DNA of 64,000 bases from an archaeon (GCA_024276825.1 JAJRWI010000069.1:53459-117458), one strand, 5' to 3'. Counted from the stretch's first letter, positions 8,391-18,291 are shown. Program-made: numbers and translations. The notes: a model not told the origin generated them from the sequence alone.

Positions 8391-10232
8391 TTACGCTTCT
8401 TGTCGCTTGCGAGTGAGGATTATTGTTCCGATGAGGATTATTGAGGATGAAGCAATAATTGACCCAGCTAGAGTGGGGGCTATATTAGGCCCGCTAATAC
8501 CTGTAGTGGAGTAAATCGGTTTTAGCTGGCACTGCGGAACTCCAAAGAAGTAATTATTATTATTTTCCAGAATAATCAGTTCGGTGGGATTATATGAATT
8601 AAGGATGAATGGACCTGATGTCACTAATGTAGGATCATTTGGCAGTGGCTCCCAATCATTCCATTCCCCATGTTCAAAATCAACGAAGATGTGTTTAGGC
8701 AGGATGGGCATGTATGCAATAGAGTGAAGATGCCAGAAGGACTCGGTATTGAATCTAAATCTTACTCGATAGTCAGTCATTGCTACTGCCTGTGTCATAT
8801 TCCAAAGATCTGGCAAATACTTGGATACGGATTCGTCGCGATAATAATTCATTGTGAATGCCACATCTTCTGCAGTTAGTTGATTTCCATCGCTCCATGT
8901 TATATTCTGGCGTATATCGAATGTGATCTGGGTATATCCTTCGGGAACTGAGGGATTATCAGCATGAGTTTCAATAATGTACGATTCAGCCAGCCAAGGG
9001 ATGTCTTCACCATTAGGACCAATTTTAATCAGACTGTCATATAGCAGATATTGAATATCCAATTGCCCATAATTGGTCAGGATTCTCATTGTGTTAAAGG
9101 ATTCAACATCTGAAAGTGTGCATATCCGAAGCGTTCCGCCAATGGGAGTATCGCCTTGTTTGAGATGAACTCTCTGCCATGTCCACCAACCAAAACTGCC
9201 CTCGTTGATATCTGGAATGAACCCCTCGAATTTATCTGTCCGATATGCTGAAATAATAAAATTCTGACATACCACTATTTCTGGACATTGATAGACTAGA
9301 ATTTTCTGAATCTCAAAAGCTGCTTCTCTCACTGCATCTGAATCAGTGGATCTTAGGAGCTCATCAATATATGTATCCAGCGTATCATTCGAGAACCGCG
9401 CAGTGCTAAAGCCATATAAAGTACGGCTAGATGAAGAGAATTCATGAGCAAGCCAGTTCACATCTAAAGTGGGAAAAGATCGAACAAGATATGCCACATC
9501 ATAGCTATGTAATGCATAGATTCTAGTTAGATATCCATAGTATTGCTCTTCAACTCCAAAAGCATTAATTCCAATCGCCTGAAGGGCCGAAACTGCAAGG
9601 TCTACTGTGGCAGCTCCCCCGGCAAGTATATTGCAGTATGATACTTCCACATCAAAATCCATACCATTGGGCGCTTCGCGATAGCCATCAGAATCAATGT
9701 CTAGAAAGCCTGCATTATCAAGAAGCTGAATTGCATAACTAAAGTTTGCATCATAATAATGATAGTCCATTATCTCCTCAATTGAATATGGATTATTACG
9801 TGGCACACAGGAGTCCAGAGGGAAGGCAAGATCATTCCAAACATTATGAACTAATGCGGTCTTATCAAATGCAAAGGCAAATGCACGACGAAATTCAGTG
9901 ATATTGAATGGATATTCTTCAGTGTTAATTGAAAAATAGAAATAGCCATTCCTTAGTACCTTTGATGTTTCGATTGACTCAGCATCGTTAAGCTCATATA
10001 GATAACTAGGGCTGATCGAATTCGCTATGACATCAACCTCATCATTCAGCAATGCGCTGACTTGAGAGGAAATGGGAGAGATGGGTTTTGACATAATCTC
10101 GCTTATGAAAGGGCCGCTGTATTTGTGTCCAGGAAGAAGCATTTGCGAGTTGACAAGGGATATACTTGAAGTGATGATTATCGAAACAATAATAATTGCT
10201 GATACTCCCTTTAATCCTCGTAATCCTTTCAT
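8391..10232 (-). CDS. ABC transporter substrate-binding protein, family 5 (OppA/DppA-like), circularly permuted, C-terminal TM anchor
   Basis: PFNITEFRRAFAFAFDK, YDANFSYAIQLLDNAG, GGTLRI, PWLAES, WSDGNQLTAEDVAFT, TSGPF; signal peptide MKGLRGLKGVSAIII from ATG 10232 avoids overlap with top6A. Confidence 0.88.
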   Translation of the reverse strand: MKGLRGLKGVSAIIIVSIIITSSISLVNSQMLLPGHKYSGPFISEIMSKPISPISSQVSALLNDEVDVIANSISPSYLYELNDAESIETSKVLRNGYFYFSINTEEYPFNITEFRRAFAFAFDKTALVHNVWNDLAFPLDSCVPRNNPYSIEEIMDYHYYDANFSYAIQLLDNAGFLDIDSDGYREAPNGMDFDVEVSYCNILAGGAATVDLAVSALQAIGINAFGVEEQYYGYLTRIYALHSYDVAYLVRSFPTLDVNWLAHEFSSSSRTLYGFSTARFSNDTLDTYIDELLRSTDSDAVREAAFEIQKILVYQCPEIVVCQNFIISAYRTDKFEGFIPDINEGSFGWWTWQRVHLKQGDTPIGGTLRICTLSDVESFNTMRILTNYGQLDIQYLLYDSLIKIGPNGEDIPWLAESYIIETHADNPSVPEGYTQITFDIRQNITWSDGNQLTAEDVAFTMNYYRDESVSKYLPDLWNMTQAVAMTDYRVRFRFNTESFWHLHSIAYMPILPKHIFVDFEHGEWNDWEPLPNDPTLVTSGPFILNSYNPTELIILENNNNYFFGVPQCQLKPIYSTTGISGPNIAPTLAGSIIASSSIILIGTIILTRKRQEA

Positions 10233-10324
10233 TTTTGAATCGTGGAGAATTATGACGAGATTAATACTAACTCTTATTGTGTAAACTCGGACACCAGAAT
10301 GCCATTTGTGGAATAGTGCAATTT

Positions 10325-12454
10325 CTAAATCCAATCGCCAGTTTCTAGCTTTCTAGGTAGATACTCATCAGTAAGGAATTGGAATGAATGACTTGCAAAT
10401 GCCTGAATCTCTGCCTTCTCCTTCATCTTGAGCATGAGCTTGAGATCCTGCACCCATTCCTTATTAGCCTGTACGAAGGGTTCTTTCAGCATGTCCTTCA
10501 CACGTTTGATGTCAGCAGGCTCCATTGGAATCCTCACGGCCTTTGGAATATTATATTCGTCAAGGTCTCTACTAAGCACTCCAAGGAGTTTTAGTTCAGG
10601 AGTGGCAATAAACGGTGATTCGTAGCTCAACCTCTTGCTGCCTCTCAGAAATACCGAATAGATATAATGTCCATAAGGGTCACTGTCCACCAGAGCAAAA
10701 GCAGGGATTTCGAGCTCCTTCACAAGGCGTTTGAGAAATGCTCGCGTGGCAATATCACCAGAACCCTTTCCAGTTAGGATAATGCAAGGTTGACGATTCC
10801 AATACTTGGCTTCCGCCAGTCGCATGACAGCAGCATCTTTCTCTGAGAGTATGATGAACTCAGCATCGCTCTCAACAATCTCCACCTGATCCAAAAATGG
10901 TGTAATTGCCCAACCACCAGTACCCATCTTTGTCAGGTCTATCAGGTCTCCACCATCTCTAATGATTACACGACCCATCGCAGAACCGCGAGCAGAGGCA
11001 ACAACATGAATGCTGTCACGGGTGGTCTGCAGCATAGATGCTATGTCTTCTATAATCTTGTCACTGTATTTCTGATCTCTAAATAGATTGACATCACTGT
11101 AGTAGACCTCTCGTTTCGTGGCGTGCAAGCCAGACTTGAGAAGTTGGTATACTATCTCCATTATTCGTGCTGTACGTGTTGCATCTACCACTGATGCTAG
11201 CGAATGATAGGGACGTGCTATCTTACGCATGCCCAACAATAGAAGGTCTCGAACTTCATCCCAAACGATGTTGTCAGATGAACGGCTTGGAATCTCAAAG
11301 ACAGGTCGTCCAGTCATCATAGTCTCATTGAGAATCTCCATGGCCATCTCAACTAGTCGCTCACGAGTTTCGTCCGATGTTAGGGGCACGACCTCAACAG
11401 TTGCAGTTGGAATCTTAGCAGCAATCGCAGCCGACTCCCTCTTCTCTGCCTGACGCCACTTTCGTTTCATATCTCTTGCAGCTTTTTGAACTGCCTCGGG
11501 CACTGGAAGACCAGACTTCTTGCGAATGATCTTCTTGCTCTTTCGTTTTCTCTTAGTGGGTTTGGTTGTACTCACTGATTCAACCTCTGGTTCGGGTGTT
11601 GGTTCGGGTGTTGCTGATTTTGTAGCTGCGAGTTCAGGTTTGGGTTCGGTTGGAACTCTGGGAGTTGATCTTGCCTTTGACTTCGACTGCTTTGTTTTTT
11701 TGGGCTTTTTCTTTCCTTCAGGTTCCTTTTTTGCCATGGGCGCCTTCGCAACAGCACGCTGTGTTTCTTCTGACATGCTTCTCAGTTGATAAGCTTGAAC
11801 CATCTCGTATGCAGCACCTATCAGCTCTTGAGCCTTACTTACACTGAGTCCATCTATTGATTTTGCCAGCGATTGAGGGCGAGCGCGAGACAGGCGGGAA
11901 ACAGAGTCATAGCCTGCCGCCTTCAATTTCAATGCCAACTTCTTTCCTACGCCAGGAACATCAGTTAGTGCGAAAGGTCGCTCAAAAGTGTCTTCCTCTG
12001 CACTGCCGGCTGTTCGTTCTGCTTCTCTCTTCAAAAGCACCTTTGCAGCCTGCACAAGTTTCTGTGCTTTATCAAGACTTAGTCCATCAACTTTTTTGGA
12101 GATGCTTTGAGCACGACCCTTGGCCAGTTTCTCCACTGTGCCATAGCCTGCTTCCTTTAACTTCAGGGCAAGTTTTGACCCAATCCCTGGCAAGACAGTC
12201 AAGGGTGTGCCAGTACCATCACTCTTTGGAGGGGGCTTCGCTTTTGGCTTGGTTGCTTTTTTCTTTGCAGTCTTTTTCGAGCCCTTTTTTGCAGAGGTCT
12301 TGCTCGTCTTTTCAGTTTTCTTGGACGATTTAGGAGCCTTTTTAGGAACAGTCTTTGGTTTGCTCTTTCGTGTGTGTTTTGATTTGGGTTCTTCCAGCAC
12401 TTCTTCCAGAGTGGCCTGAATAATTTCTGGCTTTTTCTTTTTTCTGGGGCTCAT
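10325..12454 (-). CDS. top6A: DNA topoisomerase VI subunit A with long Lys-rich, double-HhH N-terminal extension
   Basis: Catalytic-Tyr motif TKREVYY; TOPRIM SEKDA, TGKG, DSDPYG; KAEIQA; next to top6B. Confidence 0.95.
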   Translation of the reverse strand: MSPRKKKKPEIIQATLEEVLEEPKSKHTRKSKPKTVPKKAPKSSKKTEKTSKTSAKKGSKKTAKKKATKPKAKPPPKSDGTGTPLTVLPGIGSKLALKLKEAGYGTVEKLAKGRAQSISKKVDGLSLDKAQKLVQAAKVLLKREAERTAGSAEEDTFERPFALTDVPGVGKKLALKLKAAGYDSVSRLSRARPQSLAKSIDGLSVSKAQELIGAAYEMVQAYQLRSMSEETQRAVAKAPMAKKEPEGKKKPKKTKQSKSKARSTPRVPTEPKPELAATKSATPEPTPEPEVESVSTTKPTKRKRKSKKIIRKKSGLPVPEAVQKAARDMKRKWRQAEKRESAAIAAKIPTATVEVVPLTSDETRERLVEMAMEILNETMMTGRPVFEIPSRSSDNIVWDEVRDLLLLGMRKIARPYHSLASVVDATRTARIMEIVYQLLKSGLHATKREVYYSDVNLFRDQKYSDKIIEDIASMLQTTRDSIHVVASARGSAMGRVIIRDGGDLIDLTKMGTGGWAITPFLDQVEIVESDAEFIILSEKDAAVMRLAEAKYWNRQPCIILTGKGSGDIATRAFLKRLVKELEIPAFALVDSDPYGHYIYSVFLRGSKRLSYESPFIATPELKLLGVLSRDLDEYNIPKAVRIPMEPADIKRVKDMLKEPFVQANKEWVQDLKLMLKMKEKAEIQAFASHSFQFLTDEYLPRKLETGDWI

Positions 12455-14499
12455 TCATCTTCACTCTCCAATAGAATCTCCGTTTCCTCTGGAGATAGCG
12501 GCTCATCAGCGATGAGATCGCTCCCTTCAACATCGCCCACAGTTTCCTCATGATCAGTCACGGTTTCAAAGCCAGTGATGGCATCGCGAATCCTGCTCGC
12601 CACGGTTTCAGCATCAAAAGCATTCCTATTCAACCCGTCATTAGCAATTGATACAAGACTTTGAGCAAACTGATCAGCATACATAGCCAGAACTCCAGCA
12701 CGTTTTGCCTTTCGTTTTGCAGTTTCTCGGCGTGTGATGTATCTCCTGAACTTGCGGCCAGCATCTTCTAATGCTAGCTTAATCTCCTTCAAAAGGACCT
12801 CATCTTCAGCAAGTGCCTGCTTGCTCTGTCCTTTGAACATAACATGCACATAGGCACCGCAGACATGGATGAAGATCATTATTGGACCGCGAGGTATTCC
12901 ATTGTCAAATGTTTGTACCTTGTAGTTCTTCCAGTTCACGCTCGCTGTGGCTTTCCATGTTGCACAGTCACTATTGTCCCTAAGCTTTGGAACCCGATTG
13001 ACAAAACGCCAGAGCACCATTGGAGCAGATGTCGCAGGCCTGATATTACCGCCATAGGCAATACATACTTCCACTGCGAAAGAGAGACCCTTGCCCGAAG
13101 TCGGCTTTCTGGTCACGGCGGTGGCAAAGTCTGGATTATATGCCAACTTGATTGTCTGTTCAAATACTTCCTCGCCCACCGGAACCACTGTGTCTGTTGG
13201 AGGTGCAATATAGTCTTGGTTTGAGAATGCTTTGTACAGATATTCAATTTCAGTCTTTGAGAGTGTGTCAGTAGGGGTCTTTGGCGATAGGGTATCAAGA
13301 TGTCTTCTTCTTAGTTCTTTATTTGCCTCCGCGATTATTTGACGAGCCTTGTTTGGGCTGAGCCGACAAAACGCTTTGGTCAGAAAACTCATCAGATCTG
13401 GTTCTTGTGTTTCACGCAAGAGGTCTTGAAATTCACCAATTCGTATGCTTGCCGGGTGTGGTTGAGCATATTTTGGTTCATCGGGGAACTTGTTGACTCT
13501 GCGAGGATAGATGTGGACTTTACCATAGGGATCGATGAAGATAATTGTCACATGAGAGTTAAGCAGTGATGCCATTTCGCAATAGACATCAGCATATCCA
13601 CGCCTGTACTGAATATTAAGATAATTCAGGCGAATATAGGTGCCATGTTCAATTGGCAAGTCCATGTCAATAGGACCTGAAACATACTCTTTTGTGTTAG
13701 CAGTTGTTGTGAAGAACTCTGCAACAGTGGCCACATCAGAAGTGAACCTCTTTGTGACCGTGAAAATGGGCTTGCCCGTTGTGTTTTGAGCATCACTGAA
13801 GGCAGAGGGCGCACCAAATCCTTGACTACCTCGAGTCTGCCTTAGGCGTTCAGACTTACTTGATGCAAGGTAGATCCCGAATTTCTCAAGGTCTGATGGA
13901 ACCATTCCAACACCAGTATCAAAGCATGTAAACTCATAGACCTTAAATCCCTCCTCATCATCAAGTGGAACAAGGTCAGGCATGAACACTTCCTTTAGTT
14001 GGATAACAGCCAGCGGCTCGTGTCTTTTGATCAAGCCCCTGAAGGGCACAAGGAACTTCCTAAATGCTGTGAGTTTTTCATCAAGGGACTCCTTTCTGAC
14101 TGCGGGGACCTCTACTTCTTTGCCTTCACGGGCCGCCTTCTCCAGTTTCTTGCTTAAAGCGATTGTGTCTGTGAGTATGGGCTCAAGTTTTTCCTTTATC
14201 TCCTCAATTAGTTTAGGATCGAGCTGTTCCTTTAAACGGGGTCTTTTGCTGGTCTTCCACCACCACGATTCAAGAGCATCAATTGCATTATCGAGAAATT
14301 CAATCGCATATTGAGTGTGTTTGTTTAGTCCCGTTTCAAATCCAACAAGCTGGGTCCTCTTCCTCATGAACTTAGCAATTGTCCCTTGACGAATATCACC
14401 TGTGTCTGCAGGAGGAGGTACTGGCCTTGACTTATTCTTGCTTGATTTGCTCTTTGAGCCCTTACTACGCCGCTTGCCTTTACTCAATATGCTCACCAA
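12451..14499 (-). CDS. top6B: DNA topoisomerase VI subunit B
   Basis: GHKL motifs EFLDNAIDA, DTGVGM, QTRGSQGFG, HGT; transducer RFVNRVP, SKQAL; ATGA coupling to top6A. Confidence 0.95.
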   Translation of the reverse strand: MVSILSKGKRRSKGSKSKSSKNKSRPVPPPADTGDIRQGTIAKFMRKRTQLVGFETGLNKHTQYAIEFLDNAIDALESWWWKTSKRPRLKEQLDPKLIEEIKEKLEPILTDTIALSKKLEKAAREGKEVEVPAVRKESLDEKLTAFRKFLVPFRGLIKRHEPLAVIQLKEVFMPDLVPLDDEEGFKVYEFTCFDTGVGMVPSDLEKFGIYLASSKSERLRQTRGSQGFGAPSAFSDAQNTTGKPIFTVTKRFTSDVATVAEFFTTTANTKEYVSGPIDMDLPIEHGTYIRLNYLNIQYRRGYADVYCEMASLLNSHVTIIFIDPYGKVHIYPRRVNKFPDEPKYAQPHPASIRIGEFQDLLRETQEPDLMSFLTKAFCRLSPNKARQIIAEANKELRRRHLDTLSPKTPTDTLSKTEIEYLYKAFSNQDYIAPPTDTVVPVGEEVFEQTIKLAYNPDFATAVTRKPTSGKGLSFAVEVCIAYGGNIRPATSAPMVLWRFVNRVPKLRDNSDCATWKATASVNWKNYKVQTFDNGIPRGPIMIFIHVCGAYVHVMFKGQSKQALAEDEVLLKEIKLALEDAGRKFRRYITRRETAKRKAKRAGVLAMYADQFAQSLVSIANDGLNRNAFDAETVASRIRDAITGFETVTDHEETVGDVEGSDLIADEPLSPEETEILLESEDE

Positions 14500-14754
14500 T
14501 GTTTTGTTAATCTCGCATGAGTCGATTTCGGAAATCTAGTCAATTCTTCAAACTGTTTTACGCCCTAGCTCAATAAGAACTAATTAGTTCCCTATTATTA
14601 TTTCTCATTACTTATTCAATATTCAGTGTTTTCATGCAGTATTTCAATGTATTCCATATTTCGTTTTTTCCAAAAAATCCATGTGGGATGTTCTTTGGAA
14701 CACGTGTTCTAAAAATACGATATCTATTTGGGTAAGAATGAGCAGGATTGAGGT

Positions 14755-15510
14755 GTGGCATGCATGTGCATTGAAATAATTCCCATTAAAGGCATTCCAA
14801 GAATCAGTGAGAAAGTAGATTTTGCAGATATATTGATACAGGCCATAACTAATGAGGGCCCAAAAGTGCAAGAGGAGGACATTTTCGTAATAGCCCAGAT
14901 AGTGGTTTCTAAATCAGAAGGAAGAATAGTTCACACAAGTAATGTAGAAGCATCGCCAAGAGCTGAAAAGATAGCAGAAATGAACGGGTTTGATCCTGTT
15001 CAAGTAGAGCTAGCGATAAGAGAGAGCGTTGATATCATTCAAGATCAGGATGTGCTTATTACAGAAACTCACCAGGGCATTGTGTGTAATTTTAGTGGGG
15101 TTGATAGATCAAATGCTCCTGAGGACTCGTATGTTCTTCTGCCAGAGGACCCTGACAAGAGTGCCCAACAGATTAGAGAAAAGCTTCAAACCCATTTTGG
15201 ATGCAGACTGGCAGTAATAATCAGTGATACTCAGGGGAGACCATGGAGAAGAGGTTCAATCAACGTTGCAATTGGTTGCTCAGGAATAAATGCATTCAAG
15301 AAGAACAGAGGAATGCAGGACATCTATGGATATACTCTCAAGAGATCAGATGTCTGTCATGTGGATGAGATTGCCTCAGCAGTTGAACCTTTAATGGGAC
15401 AAGCAGATGAGGCAACCCCTGTAGTAATTGTAAGAGGGTACAAGTTTGATATTGGGCCTGAAACAGCCAACTCAATTCCAAGGTCACGAAACAGGGACCT
15501 ATTCCGATAA
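14755..15510 (+). CDS. cofE: Coenzyme F420-0:L-glutamate ligase
   Basis: VSKSEGR, GVDRSN, LLPEDPDKSA, SDTQGRPWRRG, DEIASA, MGQADEATPVVIVRG. Confidence 0.92.
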   Translation: MACMCIEIIPIKGIPRISEKVDFADILIQAITNEGPKVQEEDIFVIAQIVVSKSEGRIVHTSNVEASPRAEKIAEMNGFDPVQVELAIRESVDIIQDQDVLITETHQGIVCNFSGVDRSNAPEDSYVLLPEDPDKSAQQIREKLQTHFGCRLAVIISDTQGRPWRRGSINVAIGCSGINAFKKNRGMQDIYGYTLKRSDVCHVDEIASAVEPLMGQADEATPVVIVRGYKFDIGPETANSIPRSRNRDLFR

Positions 15511-15512
15511 TG

Positions 15513-15546
15513 AAAAAAAAGGAAGCCTCTGGATTACTCCAGAGGC
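15513..15546 (-). terminator. Hairpin plus U-tract terminator after the MFS gene
   Basis: Minus strand GCCTCTGGA-GTAA-TCCAGAGGC (perfect 9-bp stem, GNRA loop) followed by TTCC and T8. Confidence 0.75.
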
Positions 15547-15548
15547 AA

Positions 15549-16985
15549 TTATGCTGAAATAGAGAGAGAGGTTATCTGCTCGTTATCTCTTTGAACAGGC
15601 AAGCCTAGGCCCTTCTTTAGTTGCATCACGCCAACTGCAGCAATAGCACTCACCATTAGTAGTGTCAGCGGGAATCCAAGGGCCGGTAATGCCCAGCCAA
15701 AGAATGCAATCTGGGGCAATGCTAGAATTGTACCGATTGTTGGAGTCAGACTGTACATTGAATTTCTGATCTTATTGGGAATGGCATCCAGAAGTATCCG
15801 CTGAGTGAGAATCTCTGCAAATCCCCCAAAGAAGCTGGTTGATGAGAAGACTATGGTCATAAGAATGACTGGAATTACAGACTCGTCAGGAATCGACATT
15901 ATCACAAAATCGGTTCCAGGAAATATCAAGTGAACCATATTGTCAACATTGGATGGTGGAGGAAATAGGAACATGATCATCGCGATTGCCAGGAAGAAGA
16001 GAACTCCACCCAGCTGAAGGGCTCTGAATCGGGGAATCCAAGTCCTTGGGTCAAAGCGTTTTGACCAAATTCCCGAGCGTTCCTGGGCCACCACTCCTGG
16101 AATGAACAGGATTGTTCGATAGCTTGAAACAGCAATATCGGTGACTAAATAGCTGAAGTACATTGGGAAGAGTATCAAGTTTCCCCAGACAGTAATAGTG
16201 CTCATGATAAAACAGCTACCAAGAACAATATGAAAGACATACTTATCGTTATAGAGAAACGACAGCCCACCCACAAGGATGTTCTTGTATTCGCTCATTG
16301 ATGGGCGTTCTGGTCTTTCATCTTCCACCTCTTTGAAGTCCCTAATGAAGAACAAGGCACTTATTGCTATAATTAGGCATAGCACGGCTTGCAATTGAAA
16401 CACGAAGGGTCGCCCCATAATTGTCGCGATCACTGCTCCGGGAACAATTGTCAGGGTTGCAACAATTTGAAAGAGCATTCCTATCCGTCCCCAAAACATT
16501 CCATACTGCTTTCTATCATGATCCTCCTCGCCTATTGCCACACGAAAGTTGTTATCAAACCAGGCCTGAAAGCTTCCAGACATCTGTGAAGAGCCAAGTC
16601 CGATTAAGACATAAATTAGGACTAATAGAAGGAAATGAGTGCTTGTGGTGACTAGAGAAAGTAAGAGGAATGCTATACCAAACGACAGGAAGGCACAGCA
16701 TATGATATATCTCTGTCCAATCCAATCACCAATGGCACCAGTAGGATAATCAAGTGCGATTTGTACTGTCATCTGCACAACTAGGAGAATGCCTACTAGG
16801 CTCATTCCGCTAATGAAGTCCCCAGCACCTAATGCTTCTGCAACAAATATCACTGTAAATGTCGAGGAGAGTGTAATAGCCACAGATACTACTGGAAGAA
16901 ATATTGACAAGGTCCTAGCAAGTCGCATTATTCTTCTATTATTCTCATCGAGTCCAAATAGGGTTGATGTCTTACTCAAGATCAT
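15549..16985 (-). CDS. MFS transporter
   Basis: About 12 hydrophobic helices; DYPTGAIGDWIGQR (motif A); SGSFQAW; GGAGG RBS before ATG 16985. Confidence 0.9.
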   Translation of the reverse strand: MILSKTSTLFGLDENNRRIMRLARTLSIFLPVVSVAITLSSTFTVIFVAEALGAGDFISGMSLVGILLVVQMTVQIALDYPTGAIGDWIGQRYIICCAFLSFGIAFLLLSLVTTSTHFLLLVLIYVLIGLGSSQMSGSFQAWFDNNFRVAIGEEDHDRKQYGMFWGRIGMLFQIVATLTIVPGAVIATIMGRPFVFQLQAVLCLIIAISALFFIRDFKEVEDERPERPSMSEYKNILVGGLSFLYNDKYVFHIVLGSCFIMSTITVWGNLILFPMYFSYLVTDIAVSSYRTILFIPGVVAQERSGIWSKRFDPRTWIPRFRALQLGGVLFFLAIAMIMFLFPPPSNVDNMVHLIFPGTDFVIMSIPDESVIPVILMTIVFSSTSFFGGFAEILTQRILLDAIPNKIRNSMYSLTPTIGTILALPQIAFFGWALPALGFPLTLLMVSAIAAVGVMQLKKGLGLPVQRDNEQITSLSISA

Positions 16986-17074
16986 TTCCTCCAATTATTG
17001 ATTGACTGATTACTCCTCTTTCCCATAGTGGGATAAAGTGGCCAATCTACTGGACACTCGATGACCAGTAGACT

Positions 17075-17110
17075 AAACAAAAAAGAGGGGTGCCGCAAGG
17101 CACTCACCTC
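17075..17110 (-). terminator. Terminator-like hairpin plus U-tract in the leader of the MFS gene
   Basis: Minus strand GAGGTGAGTGCC-TTGC-GGCACCCCTC-TTTTTTGTTT; the 5' arm contains the stop codon of a small upstream ORF. Confidence 0.65.
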
Positions 17111-17208
17111 GTAAAGACCGCTCGGTGAACATAGTTCAATTGAGCGATCATTGTTTCAGATATCACACGATTGTTCCTTCTCTTTCGACGATTTCTTATC
17201 CAACTCAT
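17104..17208 (-). CDS. Putative 34-aa Arg-rich leader peptide or small protein, MSWIRNRRKRRNNRVISETMIAQLNYVHRAVFTR
   Basis: ATG at 17208, 33 nt downstream of TTATATA (17241-17247); TGA at 17104-17106 inside the terminator stem; below the ORF-track size cutoff. Confidence 0.5.
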   Translation of the reverse strand: MSWIRNRRKRRNNRVISETMIAQLNYVHRAVFTR

Positions 17209-17400
17209 GGTAATTCACGAGAAATAGGACGAAGAGTTAGTATATAATGCAAAGCCACAATTTAGAGTCACAGAGAGAAGATACAACAAGGAGTCACAAT
17301 TTGTTACTAGTGAAGACATCAACAGTCATGACAGTCAAACATATTACTGCCCGAAAGTGTTCTAAAATTGCATTTCACACAGTATTGTGAGGCGATATTG

Positions 17401-18282
17401 ATGGAGATAAAGAAGATCGCAGTTCTTGGTGCAGGCCAGATGGGGAACGGCATTGCTCATGTCTGTGCACAAGCAGGTTATGAAGTCAAGATGAGAGATA
17501 TCGAGCAGCAGTTCCTAGACAAGGGCATGGCCACAATAAAGAAGAATCTTGAGAGAGGTCTCAAGAAGGGAAAGATCACTCAGAATGAGATTGATGCAAT
17601 CCTTGGTAGGATCACACCAGTGCTTGAGCTTGAGGAAGCAGTCAAAGATGCAGACCTTGTAATAGAGGCGATCCCAGAGATTGTTAAGTTAAAGCTCACC
17701 ACTTGGACAGAAGTTGATAGATTGACCCCAGCTCATGCCATACTTGCATCAAACACCTCCAGCATTAGCATAACACAAATGGCAGCAGTGACCCAAAGAC
17801 CTGAGAGATTCATCGGTATGCACTTTTTCAACCCTGTCCCAGTGATGGGCCTTGTAGAGATTATAAAGGGACAGGCAACTGCCGATGAAACTGTCGAAAT
17901 GATCAGGGAGGTCTCACAGAAATTGGGCAAGGAAACTGTTCTAGTGAATGAAGCACCAGGCTTTGCAGTTAATAGGTTGCTTGTTCCCGCAATCAATGAG
18001 GCAATATTTGCAATTCAGGAGGGCGTTGCCACCGTTGAAGACATGGATAAGGCAATAAAGCTTGGACTTAATTGGCCCATGGGACCACTGACACTTGCTG
18101 ACTTTGTTGGGCTTGACACTCTCCTCTACATTAGTGACTACTTCGTTGATGAGTTCAAGGACAGCAAGTATCGAGCACCCGCATTGCTTAGAAAGATGGT
18201 CAGAGCAGGATGGGTTGGCCGCAAGGCTGGCAAGGGCTTTTATGATTATAGTGGAAACACACCGAAGCCACTCAGATTCTAG
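17401..18282 (+). CDS. hbd: 3-hydroxybutyryl-CoA (3-hydroxyacyl-CoA) dehydrogenase
   Basis: GAGQMGNGIA, VIEAIPE, SNTSS, GMHFFNP, PGFAVNR, PMGPLTLADFVGLD, GRKAGKGFY. Confidence 0.95.
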   Translation: MEIKKIAVLGAGQMGNGIAHVCAQAGYEVKMRDIEQQFLDKGMATIKKNLERGLKKGKITQNEIDAILGRITPVLELEEAVKDADLVIEAIPEIVKLKLTTWTEVDRLTPAHAILASNTSSISITQMAAVTQRPERFIGMHFFNPVPVMGLVEIIKGQATADETVEMIREVSQKLGKETVLVNEAPGFAVNRLLVPAINEAIFAIQEGVATVEDMDKAIKLGLNWPMGPLTLADFVGLDTLLYISDYFVDEFKDSKYRAPALLRKMVRAGWVGRKAGKGFYDYSGNTPKPLRF

Positions 18283-18291
18283 GGTTTCAAT

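Noticed and set aside
10325-12454. Calling this gene a meiotic Spo11
   Set aside because: It is coupled to an intact top6B with all GHKL motifs, so ordinary Topo VI is the simpler call
17104-17208. Ribosomal protein eL41
   Set aside because: It shares only an early Trp and a basic cluster; the C-terminal two thirds are not Arg/Lys-rich as in eL41
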